NCBI GenBank assembly: GCA_010909165.1
Contig: MU008164.1
Coordinates: 372,001-436,000 of the forward strand
Length of the DNA stretch: 64,000 bases
Origin: Anthoceros angustus
Taxonomy: Eukaryota > Plantae > Anthocerotophyta
Direction: 5' to 3'
The notes below the pieces were generated by a model that ran no database searches, was not told the origin of the DNA, and worked only from the letters and a program-made list of their open reading frames with translations. Shown in pieces: positions 13,408 to 27,003 of the stretch. Position numbers and translations under genes: made by a program. Position 1 is the stretch's first letter. Every line of letters begins with the position of its first letter.

Positions 13408-14967
13408 ATGGCGGAGAGCGGTGCGGCAGTGAGAGGGAGCGAGGACAAGAAAAGCAAGAGCAGAGCTGCTAAATTTGTGTCGGGAGCTGTGGCGGGAGTG
13501 GCAACCACTGTCGTGTTGCAGCCGCTGGATGTGGTGAAGACGCATCTGCAGGTGGCGCAGCCCGTGGGAGGACAGCGGCAGGGCATCCGGGATGTGGTGA
13601 GCGCCTTGGTACGCAGGGAAGGCGTGGTCGGGCTGTGGCGCGGCACCGGCCCGGCCTGCGTGCGCGTCGGTCTGGGTGCGGGACTCTACTTCGGCGTGCT
13701 CGGCACCATCGTCAGTGCGCTGGCGCCGAATCCGGGCTCGTCTGTGAACGAGAAGCTCTCCGACTCTGTGGCGTTCGGCGCCGGCGCCCTGACCCGCGCC
13801 TTTGCGTCTATGGTTTGCTGCCCTATCACGGTCGTGAAGACGCGTATGGAGGTGTGTAGGTGTGTTGATCTCGGTTTCGGTTGAGATTGCGTGGGTGATG
13901 CTGCTGCGCCAGGTTCGTCGCTGTGCAGCTCACGATTTGGTCATAGATAGGTTCACTGCAGTATGGGGGAGCGTCTAGTCTACGGTACACCAGCACGGCC
14001 GCGGGTATAGCTTCGATTGCGCGCACCGAAGGCGTTGCAGGTGATTCGATGCTCAATGTCCGCTAGCTCATCCGGAATTCTTTACAGACTCTCCTGGCTC
14101 TTATCAAGCTTGCAACAGGTCTGTACAGTGGGATGCTTGCAACCCTTGCTCGAGATGCTCCTTACTCTGGACTGTACTTGGTGATGTACAACCGATTGCA
14201 GCATTCACTACGAGGTGTGACTTTGGATGTGTTATCATTCGTAGCCCTGATTTTTGTTCCTTACCTGGGGGTAGCCTGAATTGTCGTGGACGTTGTCTCT
14301 CTTGTGTTCAGAACTGCAACCACAGAGCTCACAGGCTTACGTCAATTTTTGCTCAGGTGAGCAGCATATTCTTGTGGGAATGACGCAGGATTTGGTGTAG
14401 CGTTCAGGATGACCTTGACCTTGTATGAACAGTTTACCTTTGTTTTCTGAATGAATGCTTCGTGATCAGGTGCCGTTGCTGGTGCTTGGGCAACCCTCCT
14501 GACACATCCTCCTGACGTGGTATGTTCTGTCAACCACAAGGCCATGCTTATTGAAGCATACATGGTTTTTATCTTCACGAGAGTGTTTGTTGGCAGATTC
14601 GTACAAGGCTTCAACTCGATCCTCAGCATAATGCTGGTATTGTGTCGACGGTGCGCGGCATTGTTCAGGTTGTTGCTTGCACCTCCGTTAAGTTGATTGT
14701 TTTACGGTCTGGTGTTTAGCAGGTTGTATACCAATCACGTAATGCAGGAACGAGGGCTCAAGGGATTATACAGTGGTGTGCTGCCGAGAGTTGGAAGGCG
14801 TGCCTTGAATCAAGCTTTGGTCTGGTACGAGTTTCTTTCTCTCCTCTCTGGTGCATGCCCCATGGTTTGCTAGCATTGTGCTTTGATGCCCCTAACGAAG
14901 ATGGCGTTCTCCGGTGCTCAGGACCTTCTTTGAGGAGATATCCACTTGGGTGCAGAACAGACTCTAG
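13408..14967 (+). CDS. Mitochondrial carrier, SLC25A38/Hem25-like (multi-exon)
   Basis: Three carrier signatures QPLDVVKTHLQ, CPITVVKTRME and HPPDV|IRTRLQ. Also RDAPYSGLY and GLYSGVLPRVGRRAL...WTFFEE, typical of the SLC25A38/Hem25 subfamily. GT-AG introns; TAG at 14965-14967. Confidence 0.8.
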
Positions 14968-16845
14968 CTGCCCTTACGACCCTGGATTCTACCGGTAGGT
15001 CTTGGATTCGTTTGTTAATATCACCTGGTTACCCCGTAACGTATGCCTGCCGTAATTGATTCAACGATTCAACATTCTCTAAAGGTGACAAAAGCTTCTC
15101 GAATCCCACTACCTATAAGTAGGTCAGCACCTTCAAACGTGAAGGCACATTCTCATGGGATTCACTACCTTACACAGGGGTATACGTGCGTGGTTACTGC
15201 GCGAGCAGGTGGCCGGGTGTGACTCCAGCATGAGAATCATGTGCATCACTGCCGTGGACGGAACGGGTACTGCATCTAGTTACTCACACCCTGAACCCGC
15301 CGTGAACAAAGTTGCATGTCTGGCGGAATCGGCCAGTACCTGCCTGCATCCCGTCGCTTGGCGGATTCATCCAGTACCTGCCTGGATCAGATGGTACATA
15401 TGCAAAGCGTCGCCTCATTCAAATATTAGGCTTCGGAAGCTCTTAAAACGTAGAGTTCTCCGTCTTTCTCGTCCTGCCGTGGTTCTGGTAATAGGAACCT
15501 TGAGTTGGATCGCTACGATGTGGAGTAGGACACACCGCGGTAAGAAGAACAAGCGAGAGAATGCTAGATTCTAGTGCTCGTCTAACTAGCCAATTCTTTC
15601 GCCACCTGCCCGTGTTTCAAATTGAACAGAGAGGATGGTGGATGCTCTAGGGTAGAGATGCAGCACGTACGTACTCACCTGACCAGGCTGCGTCTGGGAG
15701 GGAGATGCTACTTGGTCATCTGATGCGAGTCGTGTGAAACGTTTAAGGTTTCTAGCCGCCAGTAGCTGAGAGCTTCTCCTTGGCTGGAAGTCCTGTTCCG
15801 AATCCATGCGCTTAGCTCGAATTCTTTGTGACGCTTCCTTTTTGAATTGTAGAGGACGATCTTGCTCGTGTCCTGCTCCTGTGAACATCCGTTGTATGAC
15901 CCTATCACAGGAGGAAGATGGATTGCTCAGAGTTGTGACAATTTACGAACACCCAGAGATGGAACGCTGCCGCATAGCTGTTGTCCTTGAGGCAACGGAG
16001 GGAAGGACCTCAGATCAATCCACCCGGGGCTCACATGCTTGTGCGGAGGGAGGAAAGGGAGGGAAGAATGAACTGGAGCGAGAATAAGCACACTCAATAG
16101 CTTCCCGCCGAGCTTCAAGGCGATAGCTATGGTGGCCAGAGGAAAAAGAGAAATTTTGCGGAGTGGTAGAAGAACACGTTGTTCACACGATGCACCGGGA
16201 GAGATTCTTGAAAAGCTCCGAGGAAGAACCTCGTTCACACTGAACTTAGAAAGCCACTGGCATGTGAAGTCGTATTGTCACCTGCTTTCACATGCTCTAC
16301 AAAGGGACGATTGTTGAATATGGAGGATGAGACAAAATAGAGAGATGCTGACAACGATGAGTGTTCGAACTTTCACGCGGTTGAATAAAGCTTATAAAAT
16401 TATGCTTGCTAGGGACACAGCAGCTCGCCCTCTGGTGCTAGGTCACGCCTTGATGTGATTCTCCTTGCCTTTGGTACGGGCCACGATCGTTCTTGCGCGA
16501 ACCAACCTACCAAGTTCTTCTGTCTCAATTTGGGCAGACACCATGCGTTTCCTAACTGGGCCTGCCCACCATACTTTTCTTAGTTGGGCTGCCCACGATA
16601 TGGCTCCCCGCGGTCCTGACACCGGCAGCAGCCGGCTGGTGTAGCTGGTTGGCAAATCGGGATTGGGGTGAGTTAGAGTTAAGCGAAGCTTTGGCACTAG
16701 AGCTGGTTCTTGTTGTCTCCAAGCTGGCTACGACTGCCACACTGAAAGCGATTTTGGAAAGCAGGCATCAGCTCCTGCCTAGGGCTATTGTTGCCATGTC
16801 TGTTCATGATGAGGAACATTTTTGAAGAGGAGCATGGGGCATATG

Positions 16846-19800
16846 ATGGCATGGCCAGAATCTCAGATTATTCATCCCTCGGCACCTAACGGCAGCAGGG
16901 AGAGGGAATCCTCGACCGAGAGCCAGAGAATGAAAAGAAGGCCCTCTTCGGCTGCGATTGCTCCAGAATGCAGCATGAGCATGCCCGTCAGCAGCAGTAC
17001 TCTTGTGCCAACTTCTTCTGCACGCAGAATTGGGGGTAAAGATGCGCTTTCCTTTGCAGCTATTCTGCGTACTCGCAACAAATTCGTGGATGCCCTAAAC
17101 CTGTATGAGAGCGTACTTGAGGTGGAGCCCAGAAATGTGGAAGCCCATGTGGGCAAAGGAATCTGCCTTCAGATGCAGGGTTTATCAAGGCAAGCTTTTG
17201 ACAGCTTTTCCGATGCCCTGAGCTTGGATCCGCAGAATGCCTGCGCTCTCACACACTGTGGCATTCTGTACAAGGAGGAGGGTCATCTTCTGCAAGCTGC
17301 TGAGGTATGTTATTACCTCCGCTTCTTACTCTCTGTCTGCATGTGGATTATGCTTTGCACATGTCGGGGTGAGAGTTTTTTTTCATGACATGAGCAATTC
17401 TTGCTGGAGTCTCTCAGTGGACATAAGATGTGAGTAAGTTGCTTGCCAGACGCTGATGGGAGCAAGCCTCACTGGACGCAGGCATACCATAAGGCTCTTA
17501 TTGCAGATGCCAGCTATAAGCCAGCCTCGGAGAATCTTGCCATCGTTCTCACTGATTTAGGCACAAGTTTGAAGCTGTCTGGCAATGTGCAAGAAGGCCT
17601 GCAAAAATATTATGATGCCCTCAAGGCGGATAGCCACTACGCGGTATGTGTTAACACCACCATCCTCCTGTTGGGAGAAAGCGTATGAACCCTTACTGTG
17701 AATTGCTCTGTCTTCATCCATGCACGCTGATTGATTTGCATTGTGATTCTAGCTGGTTCGAATGTGTAGGCTGTGCTCTATTTGCACACTGCTCAGAACA
17801 AAGTTTCCAGAGCTGGATCTTCTCCTGATGCTGGTCCAAGTTATGCATAGACCTGACTGAGGAAACGGGTGGGAATCTTTACTGTTCTTTCCTTCGCAGC
17901 CAGCTTATTACAATCTGGGAGTTGTCTACTCGGAGATGATGCAGTATGATATGGCTCTTAGTTGCTATGAACAAGCAGCTGCTAATAGGCCTATGTATGC
18001 TGAAGCCTACTGCAACATGGGTGTCATTTACAAGAATCGAGGAGATCTAGAATCTGCTATTGCGTGCTACGAGAGGTGCTGTGAAAAAGATGATGCTTTC
18101 ATTTGTGGTAGTTGTTGGGAAGCAACTTGGATATGTAAGAGTTGACAGGTCTTGGCAGTTAATTCGTTATTGGTTTCTTTTTTGTTTTAGCAGGTGCTTG
18201 GCTGTCTCTCCAAACTTTGATATCGCCAAAAACAATATGGCAATTGCCCTCACTGATCTTGGCACTAAGGTGTGTGAAAACTCTTGAGCCCCTTCTTGCT
18301 TTTCTCTAATATTTGCTATGTGCCAACACGGGTTCAGTGGTATGTGAAATGGCTATCTTTGTCTAAACAGACAAGGTTTTTGGGGGAGATGGGTTTGCAT
18401 TTCATCTGTCTCTGGATTCATTTTTTTTCAGGTAAAACTTGAGGGCGACATTCATCGAGGGGTGGCCTTTTACAAGAAAGCTCTTCTTTACAACTGGCAC
18501 TATGCAGATGCAATGTACAACCTAGGTGTTGCGTATGGAGAAATGCTCAAGTTTGACAAGGTAAAATATGCGTTTTGCTGAAAAGATTCTAAACGTAGAT
18601 ACGTACACGGTTACTAGCTCCTCTGATTGCAACTGCTCCCCTTATATTTGCCCTGAAACCATAATATTGTTCCTGCAGGCAGTAGTTATGTATGAGCTCG
18701 CACTACATTTCAATCCACATTGTGCAGAAGCTTGCAACAATCTAGGCGTCATATACAAAGACAGAGATAATCTCGACAAAGCTGTTGAGTGTTACCAGGT
18801 TGGTGGTAGTGTAGCTAAGTTTGTTGATTGATCACCTTGTCAGTAGGTTGCTCTTCAGCAAGCACTGTCCAGTCTTTCCTTGAATGCTGGCTTTAGCTTC
18901 GTTTAAGACCTGCTATCCTTTTCAAGGAGGCGTCGGTCTCCACTGGGATGAACAGTGTCTTCTACTCCATTTCCTGAACAGGACTTTTGTGGCACCGCCA
19001 TGAGGTGGTCCTTCTCACTGGCTGCTTTTGGTTGCAGATGGCTTTGTCCATAAAGCCCAACTTCTCCCAGTCACTGAACAATCTTGGTGTGGTTTACACA
19101 GTTCAGGTAACACTTGTCCTAGTAACCCACCTGTTTTCTTTTCTCTTGGCTCCCCACCCTCTTTCTTTGTTGAGTCATCCTGCCTTCACAGATAGGACAG
19201 TTACAAAGACAACTCAATTTCCCTGTGCAGGGGAAAATGGATTCGGCAGCAAGCATGATTGAGAAGGCTATAATTGCAAACTCTTCCTATGCAGAAGCCT
19301 ACAACAACTTAGGTGATGACTCTTGCCTTTTTTAAGGATTGGCCTGTTTCTGTTGCTGTCAGTGATATACTTGGAAGGCTGCTCGTTGTTGTTACTTAGG
19401 CAGTCTTTTTGAGCAGGCGTCTTGCACAGAGATGCGGGAAATATTCCGCTAGCTATTGATGCATATGAGCGGTGCCTGCAAATTGATCCTGATTCTCGTA
19501 ATGCTGGCCAGGTACAAGTGAAGCTATCTCTGTGTACTTTAGCTTCGGGTTGCTTTTCTGTCTGCCTTCTTTATTAGTGACACTTTCCTGTGTATAATTT
19601 GTGTGCAGAACCGCTTGCTTGCCATGAACTACATTTATGAGGGGGAGGATGACAAATTATTCAATGCTCATCGGTAACATCCAAGCCTGCTGGATGGCGG
19701 ATTATGATGTCACCTATGAATTAGTTTGTAGCTGACGGAAGTGGCTTGTCTGCAGAGATTGGGGAAAACGATTTTGTGGACTCTACCCTGCATATACTAC

Positions 19801-21717
19801 TTGGGAAAATTCAAAGGATGCTGATAGGCCCCTCGTTGTCGGTTATATCTCGCCAGACTATTTCACGCATTCTGTGTCATATTTCATTGAGGCACCCCTG
19901 GTCCATCATGACAGTAAGAACTACCGGGTGGTTGTCTATTCTGCTGTTGTGAAGGTAATGACATTTCAAGCTCAGTCTCATGCAATTGAAGTTCTCTTTT
20001 TCCTGCAGCTGTGGCCTGCAGGCATCATGCTAAGCCTTGTTATGTGTGCATTACTTCTTCAGGAAGATGCCAAAACGAACAGGTTCAAGGATACTGTTTT
20101 GAAGAAGGGTGGTGGTTGGAGAGACATCTATGGCATCGATGAAAAGAAGGTTGCAAACATGGTACGAGAAGATAAGGTGGATATTCTGGTTGAGCTCACT
20201 GGTCACACAGCAAATAACAGATTAGGTGTGATGGCCTGCCGGCCTGCTCCAGTCCAGGTACTGCTGAGATTTGTCCTTAAGATTGCTGGATTTCTCCTGC
20301 TGCTGGATTGATTTTCTTGTCATTTCTGCGACAGTATTGGGTAGGTTGTGGACGCCTGGATAATATTTTTGTCTTATGCAGGCAACTTGGATTGGATACC
20401 CAAACACAACTGGTCTGCCCACAATAGATTATCGGTTCACTGATGCGCTTGCAGATCCCCCAAACACTAGGCAAAGGTAAGTTGATAACATGGGTGTATT
20501 ACATTATCACACATAAATTTCGAATATGAGCAGAAATGCATAATTTGTCTGCCACTCTCTCAGGCATGTAGAGGAGCTCGTGAGGTTGCCTGGCTGCTTC
20601 CTCTGTTACACAGCATCGCCTGAGACTGGACCTGTTGTGCAAACTCCAGCCATGGCCAATGGTTTTATTACATTTGGGAGTTTCAACAATCTTGCAAAGG
20701 TGCCACGTTTTGGGTAGCTTGCTTTTGATGAAGCTCTGGAGGGCCCACCTCTGCATGGCTAATGTTTGTGGGATACTGTGCTTCAGATTACAATCAGAGT
20801 GCTTCGTGTGTGGGCCAGAATACTATGTGCCATACCAACCTCCAGGCTGGTGGTAAAGTGCAAGCCCTTTTGTTCTGAGAGTGTCAGAGAGAGATTTTTA
20901 GCTAAGCTTGAGGAGTTGGGAGTGGAGCCTCTTCGAATTGATCTATTGCCCTTGATCCTTCTCAACCATGATCACATGCAAGCCTATTCATTGATGGACA
21001 TCAGGTCTGGATTGCTTTGAGACTTTTTGTACCTGACACTTTGACAGGCTTCGCATTTAATAGTAGCTGTATGTTCTGGCAGCCTGGATACCTTTCCTTA
21101 TGCCGGAACTACTACAACCTGTGAGTCCCTCTACATGGGTGTACCTTGTGTTACCATGTCTGGGCTAGTACACGCTCACAACGTGGGCGTTACCCTTCTT
21201 CACCAAGTTGGTACGTACCTGTCAGCAGGCATTCTACTATCCATTTGTCATGTCATGCAGCATTGACATCGTTTGCCTACACTGTCTGATAGGTTTGGAA
21301 AAACTGGTTGCCCGGACAGAAGATGAGTATGTCCATAAAGCCATTGAGCTTGCCTCAGACTTTCCAGTGCTTGCTGCTCTGAGAAACAACCTAAGGGAGC
21401 GGATGTTGAAGTCACAACTCTGCAATGGGCCCAATTTTGTTCGCGGACTGGAAGCTTCTTATCGAAGTTTATGGCGTCGCTATTGTGATGGAGATGGGCT
21501 TGTAGAGACACGACGCAAAGATTTGGAGTCGGGTGAAGAACCTTCGCAGGTTGCGAATTTGACAGGTGGTGCATCCTCTGAGGCTGCCACAAATGCAACA
21601 AGTGCATTTGCTGGACCACCTTCGGCACCTAGCTCGTCACTGTCTGCCCTTGATGGCAACAGTACAGGAGAAGTACGGCCTAAATCTGCAAAGAGGAACT
21701 CTTCCAACTTTGCCTAG
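16846..21717 (+). CDS. SPY: SPINDLY protein O-fucosyltransferase (TPR repeats + GT41 domain), multi-exon
   Basis: MAW start and ILRTRNKFVDAL, then many TPR exons (YAEAYCNMGVIYKNRGDLESAIACYER, CAEACNNLGVIYKDRDNLDKAVECYQ). Catalytic domain: DSRNAGQNRLLAMNY, SPDYFTHSVSYFIEAPL, ELTGHTANNRLG, TWIGYPNTTGLPTIDY, TFGSFNNLAK, SLDTFPYAGTTTTCESLYMGVP. Confidence 0.96.
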
Positions 21718-22090
21718 GCGGCTCGTTATGCTACTGGATGCGGATCTTTTGAGTTCCATGCTACTTCATTGGTGAAGGCTGTTTAGATTTACAGATAGCA
21801 TTTCATCTGATATCGCCGGTTCCATTGAAAGGCCTGGTGAACAACGTTGGCTAGGATTGGAAGCTTTAACTTGAGTTTTAGATGATCCTGCAACTTTTGA
21901 ATAAGTGCCTTCCAGTGCATCCACAGCAAGGAAGACCTTTGGAATCTCACCTTTGGTATCGATCGCATCGGTTGTGAACAAATGTGCCTTCGCTCACCAT
22001 AGAATTAGGGGTCTGTCACGCTTAGTATACAATTTTTGTCCAACACTGGTAGTATGGAATGATGCCAATCGAAGCCTCTATGCCCAAGGG

Positions 22091-22236
22091 CGCGGACCTT
22101 GGGCATGGATCTGCATTAGGTAACTTTCTTTCATTCACCATAAGCCTTCTCCCCATTTCCCATCGCGGACCTTGGGCATGGATCTGCATTAGGTGACTTT
22201 CTTTCATTCACCATAAGCCTTCTCCCCATTTCCCAT
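22091..22236 (+). repeat. 73-bp direct tandem duplication
   Basis: CGCGGACCTTGGGCATGGATCTGCATTAGG... starts at 22091 and again at 22164. Confidence 0.9.
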
Positions 22237-22292
22237 CCCTACACGCTTCTTTGTCCATCTAGCGTGAGGACTGTATGATAGCTTCACCTCTT

Positions 22293-22813
22293 CATGGAGT
22301 CATAGATGTCATGTAAGGAGTACATGGAGTCATAGAAGTCATGTAAGGACTACATGGAGTCATAGATGTCATATAAGGACTACATGGAGTCATAGATGTC
22401 ATATAAGGACTACATGGAGTCATAGATGTCATATAACGACTACATGGAGTCATAGATGTCATATAAGGACTACATGGAGTCATAGATGTCATATAAGGAC
22501 TACATGGAGTCATAGATGTCATATAAGGACTACATGGGTCATAGATGTCATATAAGGACTACATGGAGTCATAGATGTCATATAAGGACTACATGGAGTC
22601 ATAGATGTCATATAAGGACTACATGGAGTCATAGATGTCATATAAGGACTACATGGAGTCATAGATGTCATATAAGGACTACATGGAGTCATAGATGTCA
22701 TATAAGGACTACATGGAGTCATAGACGTCATATAACGACTACATGTAGTCATAGATGTCATATAAGGACTAACCTGCTTCACGGAGTCATAGATGTCATA
22801 TAAGGACTACATG
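22293..22813 (+). repeat. 30-bp minisatellite (~17 copies)
   Basis: CATGGAGTCATAGATGTCATATAAGGACTA repeated nearly perfectly. Confidence 0.95.
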
Positions 22814-22947
22814 ACAGCTTCACCTACTGCACAACACCTGCTTCATGGTGTTAGCAAAAATTGTCAAAGAGAAGATAGATAACATCAATCTTCCGTTTCT
22901 CCCAATCCACCGCCCTGGCTAACTGAATCTCTTCCGCCATATCGACG

Positions 22948-23502
22948 TGATAAAATATATGATTAGGGTATTATTCATTAGAGCTCCCTTAAACCCCTAG
23001 AATGAACATAATATAATTCTAAGGGCTAAAAGTAGTTTTTATTGATTAGTTAATTAGTTATTTGGTTACAACAACTTATAACCGCCTACTTCATATAGAC
23101 ATCGGCTTTTCACCTCAGTAAAAACTTCATATAGCCATCGGTTTTTCACCTCAATAAAATCTTTTCTTCATATAGACATTATGTACTTTTTATTATCTAT
23201 ATAATGTATAAGATCTTGTGAGCAATGTCTTTGATTCTCTTCATGGTATCAGAGCATACTTGCTCTCAATTTGTTCATGCAACTGCAAGCATACGTGCTC
23301 TCAATTTGTTCATGCAACTTCAAGCATACGTGCTCTCAATTTGTTCATGCAACTTCAAGCATTCTTGCTCTCAATTTGTTCATGCAACTTCAAGCATACT
23401 TGCTCTCAATTTGTTCATGCAACTTCAAGCATTCTTGCTCTCAATTTGTTCATGCAACTTCAAGCATACTTGTTCTCAATTTGTTCATGCAACTTCAAGC
23501 AT
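22948..23502 (+). mobile_element. Probable orphan LTR (~22948-23243) + tRNA-iMet PBS (23244-23255) followed by a 35-bp tandem array
   Basis: An AT-rich TG...CTCTTCA segment is immediately followed by TGGTATCAGAGC, then about 7 copies of TGCTCTCAATTTGTTCATGCAACTTCAAGCATACT. No gag-pol and no second LTR were recognised. The left boundary is inferred. Confidence 0.55.
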
Positions 23503-24794
23503 TTGAGGAGCTACTCTCCATAAAGGCGAAGAAACGTAGGACTTTGTGGAAGATCATCCTTGTGCCAATCGACTCATCGGGTTCAAGTCTTGGTGGTTTT
23601 GGGCTTGCAATATCTCGTTGAAAGTAGAATCCTTAGGGGATCCTTGTTCTATTTTTTTCATAATTTAATTTCCATACTCTGACCTCAAAAAGCTATTAAG
23701 TTCCATTTCGGTGAATCTCCTTCAAGAAATTAGCTCGGGGGGGGCCTTTGTTTAGGCGTCAAGCAACCTTCGATTGGGATGAAGTGCACGCTCCCAAGTG
23801 TTCTTGGCCTCTAATGCTTTTAATGCATCATCTTTTGTACAATCCATGATACACACCCTTGGCCTCTAGTGCTTTTAACGCACTCTCTTTTGTAGGGTCC
23901 ATGATACACACCCGTAACTTTTCTTGGCATTTAGTGTTTCTAAGGCACTCCCTTTCATGTGGTCTATGATGGATTCCTTGTCCTTGGTATTAGAAGCTCC
24001 ATAGGTTGTATGGTCCATGATGGACCCTTGATTGTAACACCCTTAGTAAGTTAAGTAATGTCTAGTTAGGGTTAAGCCAAGTGTTTCGTAGCCAAGTATA
24101 AAGTGACAAATCTAAGACCAATTTTGTAATTCAATCATTATGTAATATAGATAAGTTCATGAGTGTGTTTTGCCTCCAAATCGCAAAACAAACATAGTGC
24201 CTATAGCAATTAACCCCTAAATGACGAACATACTCATTTTGTATCGTTTTTGGTGCATTCAGTACTAGATGATTTTTTTCCTTCAGATTGACAAGGTCGC
24301 AGGTTTAAGCAAAGGTACCGAGGCCTCTGAGGAACATGTGGATTTTTGAAAGAAAACGTTTGGACAACATCTTCATGCCTTGAAGTGGCCAAGAATGTAA
24401 GATTCCACTAAGATTTTTTTCACATCGGACCGTAGCAACTCTAAGTAGTTGTGAGGGTCCATTTTTTTGTTTGGAAAATTTGTACATTATGATCAAGGCC
24501 TCAGATGGACTTGATTTTTTTGGATTGTGTACATGATGGTGTCTAGATCCCTCATGGTGAAGTTTGCTCAATGAACATTCCTGTTTTTTTTTTAATCACT
24601 TTTGGAAGATAAGCGCACGTCATCGTGGGCATGGAGGCTTAAACCGATATGGAAATTACTAGGAGAGGTATCAATAGCATCCCTTTTTTTTCCTAAGGGA
24701 CAAAGGATGTGTAAGTGACCATGGTGATAATTGCCCAAGTGAAAACATTACAAAAAGCTCTTTACAAAAAGTTCTAGTCTAACTCAGACTTTCT

Positions 24795-25157
24795 TGCAAA
24801 AAGCCCTAGCCCACCAACAAAGCCATCAGAAAAGGTATCAAGATAGAAACCATTGGAATACTTCGCAAGCCCTAGCCCATCAATAGAGCCACTAGAAAAT
24901 TCTCTTAAAAAAACAGATCCACGAAACAAGGCATCAAGATGGAGATAATGGGAACACTTTGCAAGCCCTAGCCCACCAACAGAGCCATCAGGAAAGGCAT
25001 CAAGATGGAGACTGTGGGAACAATTTGCAAGCCCTAGCCCACCAATAGAGCTATCAGGAAAGGCATGAAGATGGAGACTATGGGAACACTTTGCAAGCCC
25101 TAGCCCACCAACAGAGCCACCAGGAAAGGCATCAAGATGGAGACCATGGGAACACTA
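24795..25157 (-). repeat. 66-bp tandem repeat derived from the C-terminal codons and stop of the adjacent gene
   Basis: GCAAGCCCTAGCCCACCAA... recurs at 24961, 25027 and 25093 (66-bp period), with decayed copies near 24800 and 24866. Confidence 0.85.
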
Positions 25158-26469
25158 TTGAAATACGCTCTATTAATATTTGGTTCACTCATGGGCCCGG
25201 GAACATCTGTATAAGGCGTGTACGGCGTTCCATTTTGCGCCATACTTCCATTTTCAGAAGCGGTACCTAGGATGACCCAATAATATTTGCCTGCCGAACC
25301 AACTCCAGCTGTCACATAAATGGATGAGTTGATGTCGGCTTGGTACTCCACCTGTGCACTTGTAGTGTAGAAGCGCAAAGCTGACTTGACAGAGGAGTCA
25401 TCCACACACACTGGCAAGATCTTTGCATCTTGAACATTATGTGGTGGAATACGGCAAGCTGAAAGGTAATCCCTTCTAGTATAGCTGTCAAAGTTAAAAT
25501 TAATATTGTCGGGCCCATATTGCGCTGTCGTATTAGTGCAAACGGCGGTCTTGTAATCAGTTGCAAGATGAGATGCCAAGCATTGGGCTCCATTGTTCAA
25601 GGTAAGACTTGACATGTTTATGTCAATCCGGTATGCGTTGATGAAGTTTAACAGATCTGCATAATTGTCTGCAGCGATGGACAAGGAGACATCGATCCAG
25701 GTCACTTCTCTAATGCAAAACATTTCAATCATACATCCTGCTGCAAAAGAAGTTGGCCCAAAAAAGCAAGCCATTTGCGAAGAACAATGCCTTCTAAAAT
25801 AGTAACAGATGACACATCTCAAGACAAAGTGCCTTCAAGCATGCAAAAGCACCCAGTTCAATCAACGGCATGAACAACTGTGGTACAAAACAAATCCTGA
25901 TTCACACAAGAAATGGCCTACTTGAGCTAGATTAAATAGGACTTTACAAACATACGGCATCATCCTTTCGCAGTAAGAGCTAATAAGATGAGCAAGAGCA
26001 CACAACATTTGACAAACCAGCAAATAAAAAGATCTTGTGTCGTGGCTTGCCAGTCAGCAACGACAAACTACAGACCTCCATGAGACAGATTTAACAAGAG
26101 AGGCGTAGATGCATCTCTCATTCACTTTCAATTTTCCGGATTGCTTTGATTTCTGCTCTATCAGAGAGCCAGTCCAGATCCACTCAACAATCCACTCTGA
26201 ACATCGAAATCCTTTCATCAACCATTTGTCAAGATCACATCAAACCTAGTGGTACTACTCCAAAGGTGGACTACAAAAACAAAACACATGCATTCAAACT
26301 ATAATAGTCCAACTTCTCTCTTACCGGCATTGCAGCCCTTAGCTAGGAAGAGAGTAAACAACACCACGAAAAAAATCAACACCGGCCCCGCATTAGCTTC
26401 GTTGGAACGTGTTCGTTGTTCAGCCTCCCGAACAGATCGTCTCTCCACAGCTTGTCCACGATCTGACAT
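25100..26469 (-). CDS. Uncharacterised GPI-anchored protein, At3g06035/At5g19250-like (exons 26469-26325 and 25668-25100)
   Basis: Exon 1 ends in a signal-peptide-like VLIFFVVLFTLFLAKGCNA followed by a GTAAG donor. Exon 2 reads LLNFINAYR...NNGAQCLA...C...KILPVCV...YVTAGVGSAGKYYWVILGT and ends in a hydrophobic GPI-type tail. Confidence 0.75.
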
Positions 26470-26724
26470 GGCGTCTCTCAGAAGCTTCACACGCATACCC
26501 GTGCAAACTGTTTGCATGTGATCCAAAGGTTACCCACTTCTTGAGCTCACAAGGCTTCACAGCTTGCAAGATGACAGTAGCCTGCAATAACAATAATTGT
26601 TTTCAAATAAGAGGAAAACAGTCGAGCCAAGAGCCTTTATATAATTATATAGGGACTGAGCTACCCTATTTAGGTGTACTCTAATATAGTATTATGGATC
26701 TAATATAGTATCATGGATTTATAC

Positions 26725-27003
26725 CACATATCCTTAAATAAATACTACTGTGTACCTGCGCCGACCACAGATCCTTAAATAAAAAATATTAAGAACCTAT
26801 ACCAGCTACAGATCCTTAAATAAATAATATTAGGTACCTAGGCCCATCATCTATCCTTAAATAAATAATATTATGTACCTACACCGACCACAAATCCTTA
26901 AATAAATAATATTATGTACCTGTGCTGACCACATATCCTTAAATACATAATATTATATACCTACACCGATCGCAGATCCTTAAATAAATAATATTATTTA
27001 CCT
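26725..27003 (+). repeat. 41-bp AT-rich minisatellite
   Basis: About 7 copies of ATCCTTAAATAAATAATATTATGTACCTACACCGACCACAG-like units. Confidence 0.85.

Noticed and set aside
15155-16740. Short ORFs between the carrier gene and SPY
   Set aside because: No recognisable domains. They are probably UTR, leader intron or promoter sequence, although a divergent spliced transcript (donor near 15678, minus strand) cannot be excluded.
22293-22813. 30-bp repeat array as a CRISPR array or a repeat protein (MTSMTPCSPY)n
   Set aside because: Units are head-to-tail with no unique spacers, there are no cas genes and the context is eukaryotic. The ORFs are a by-product of a 30-bp period.
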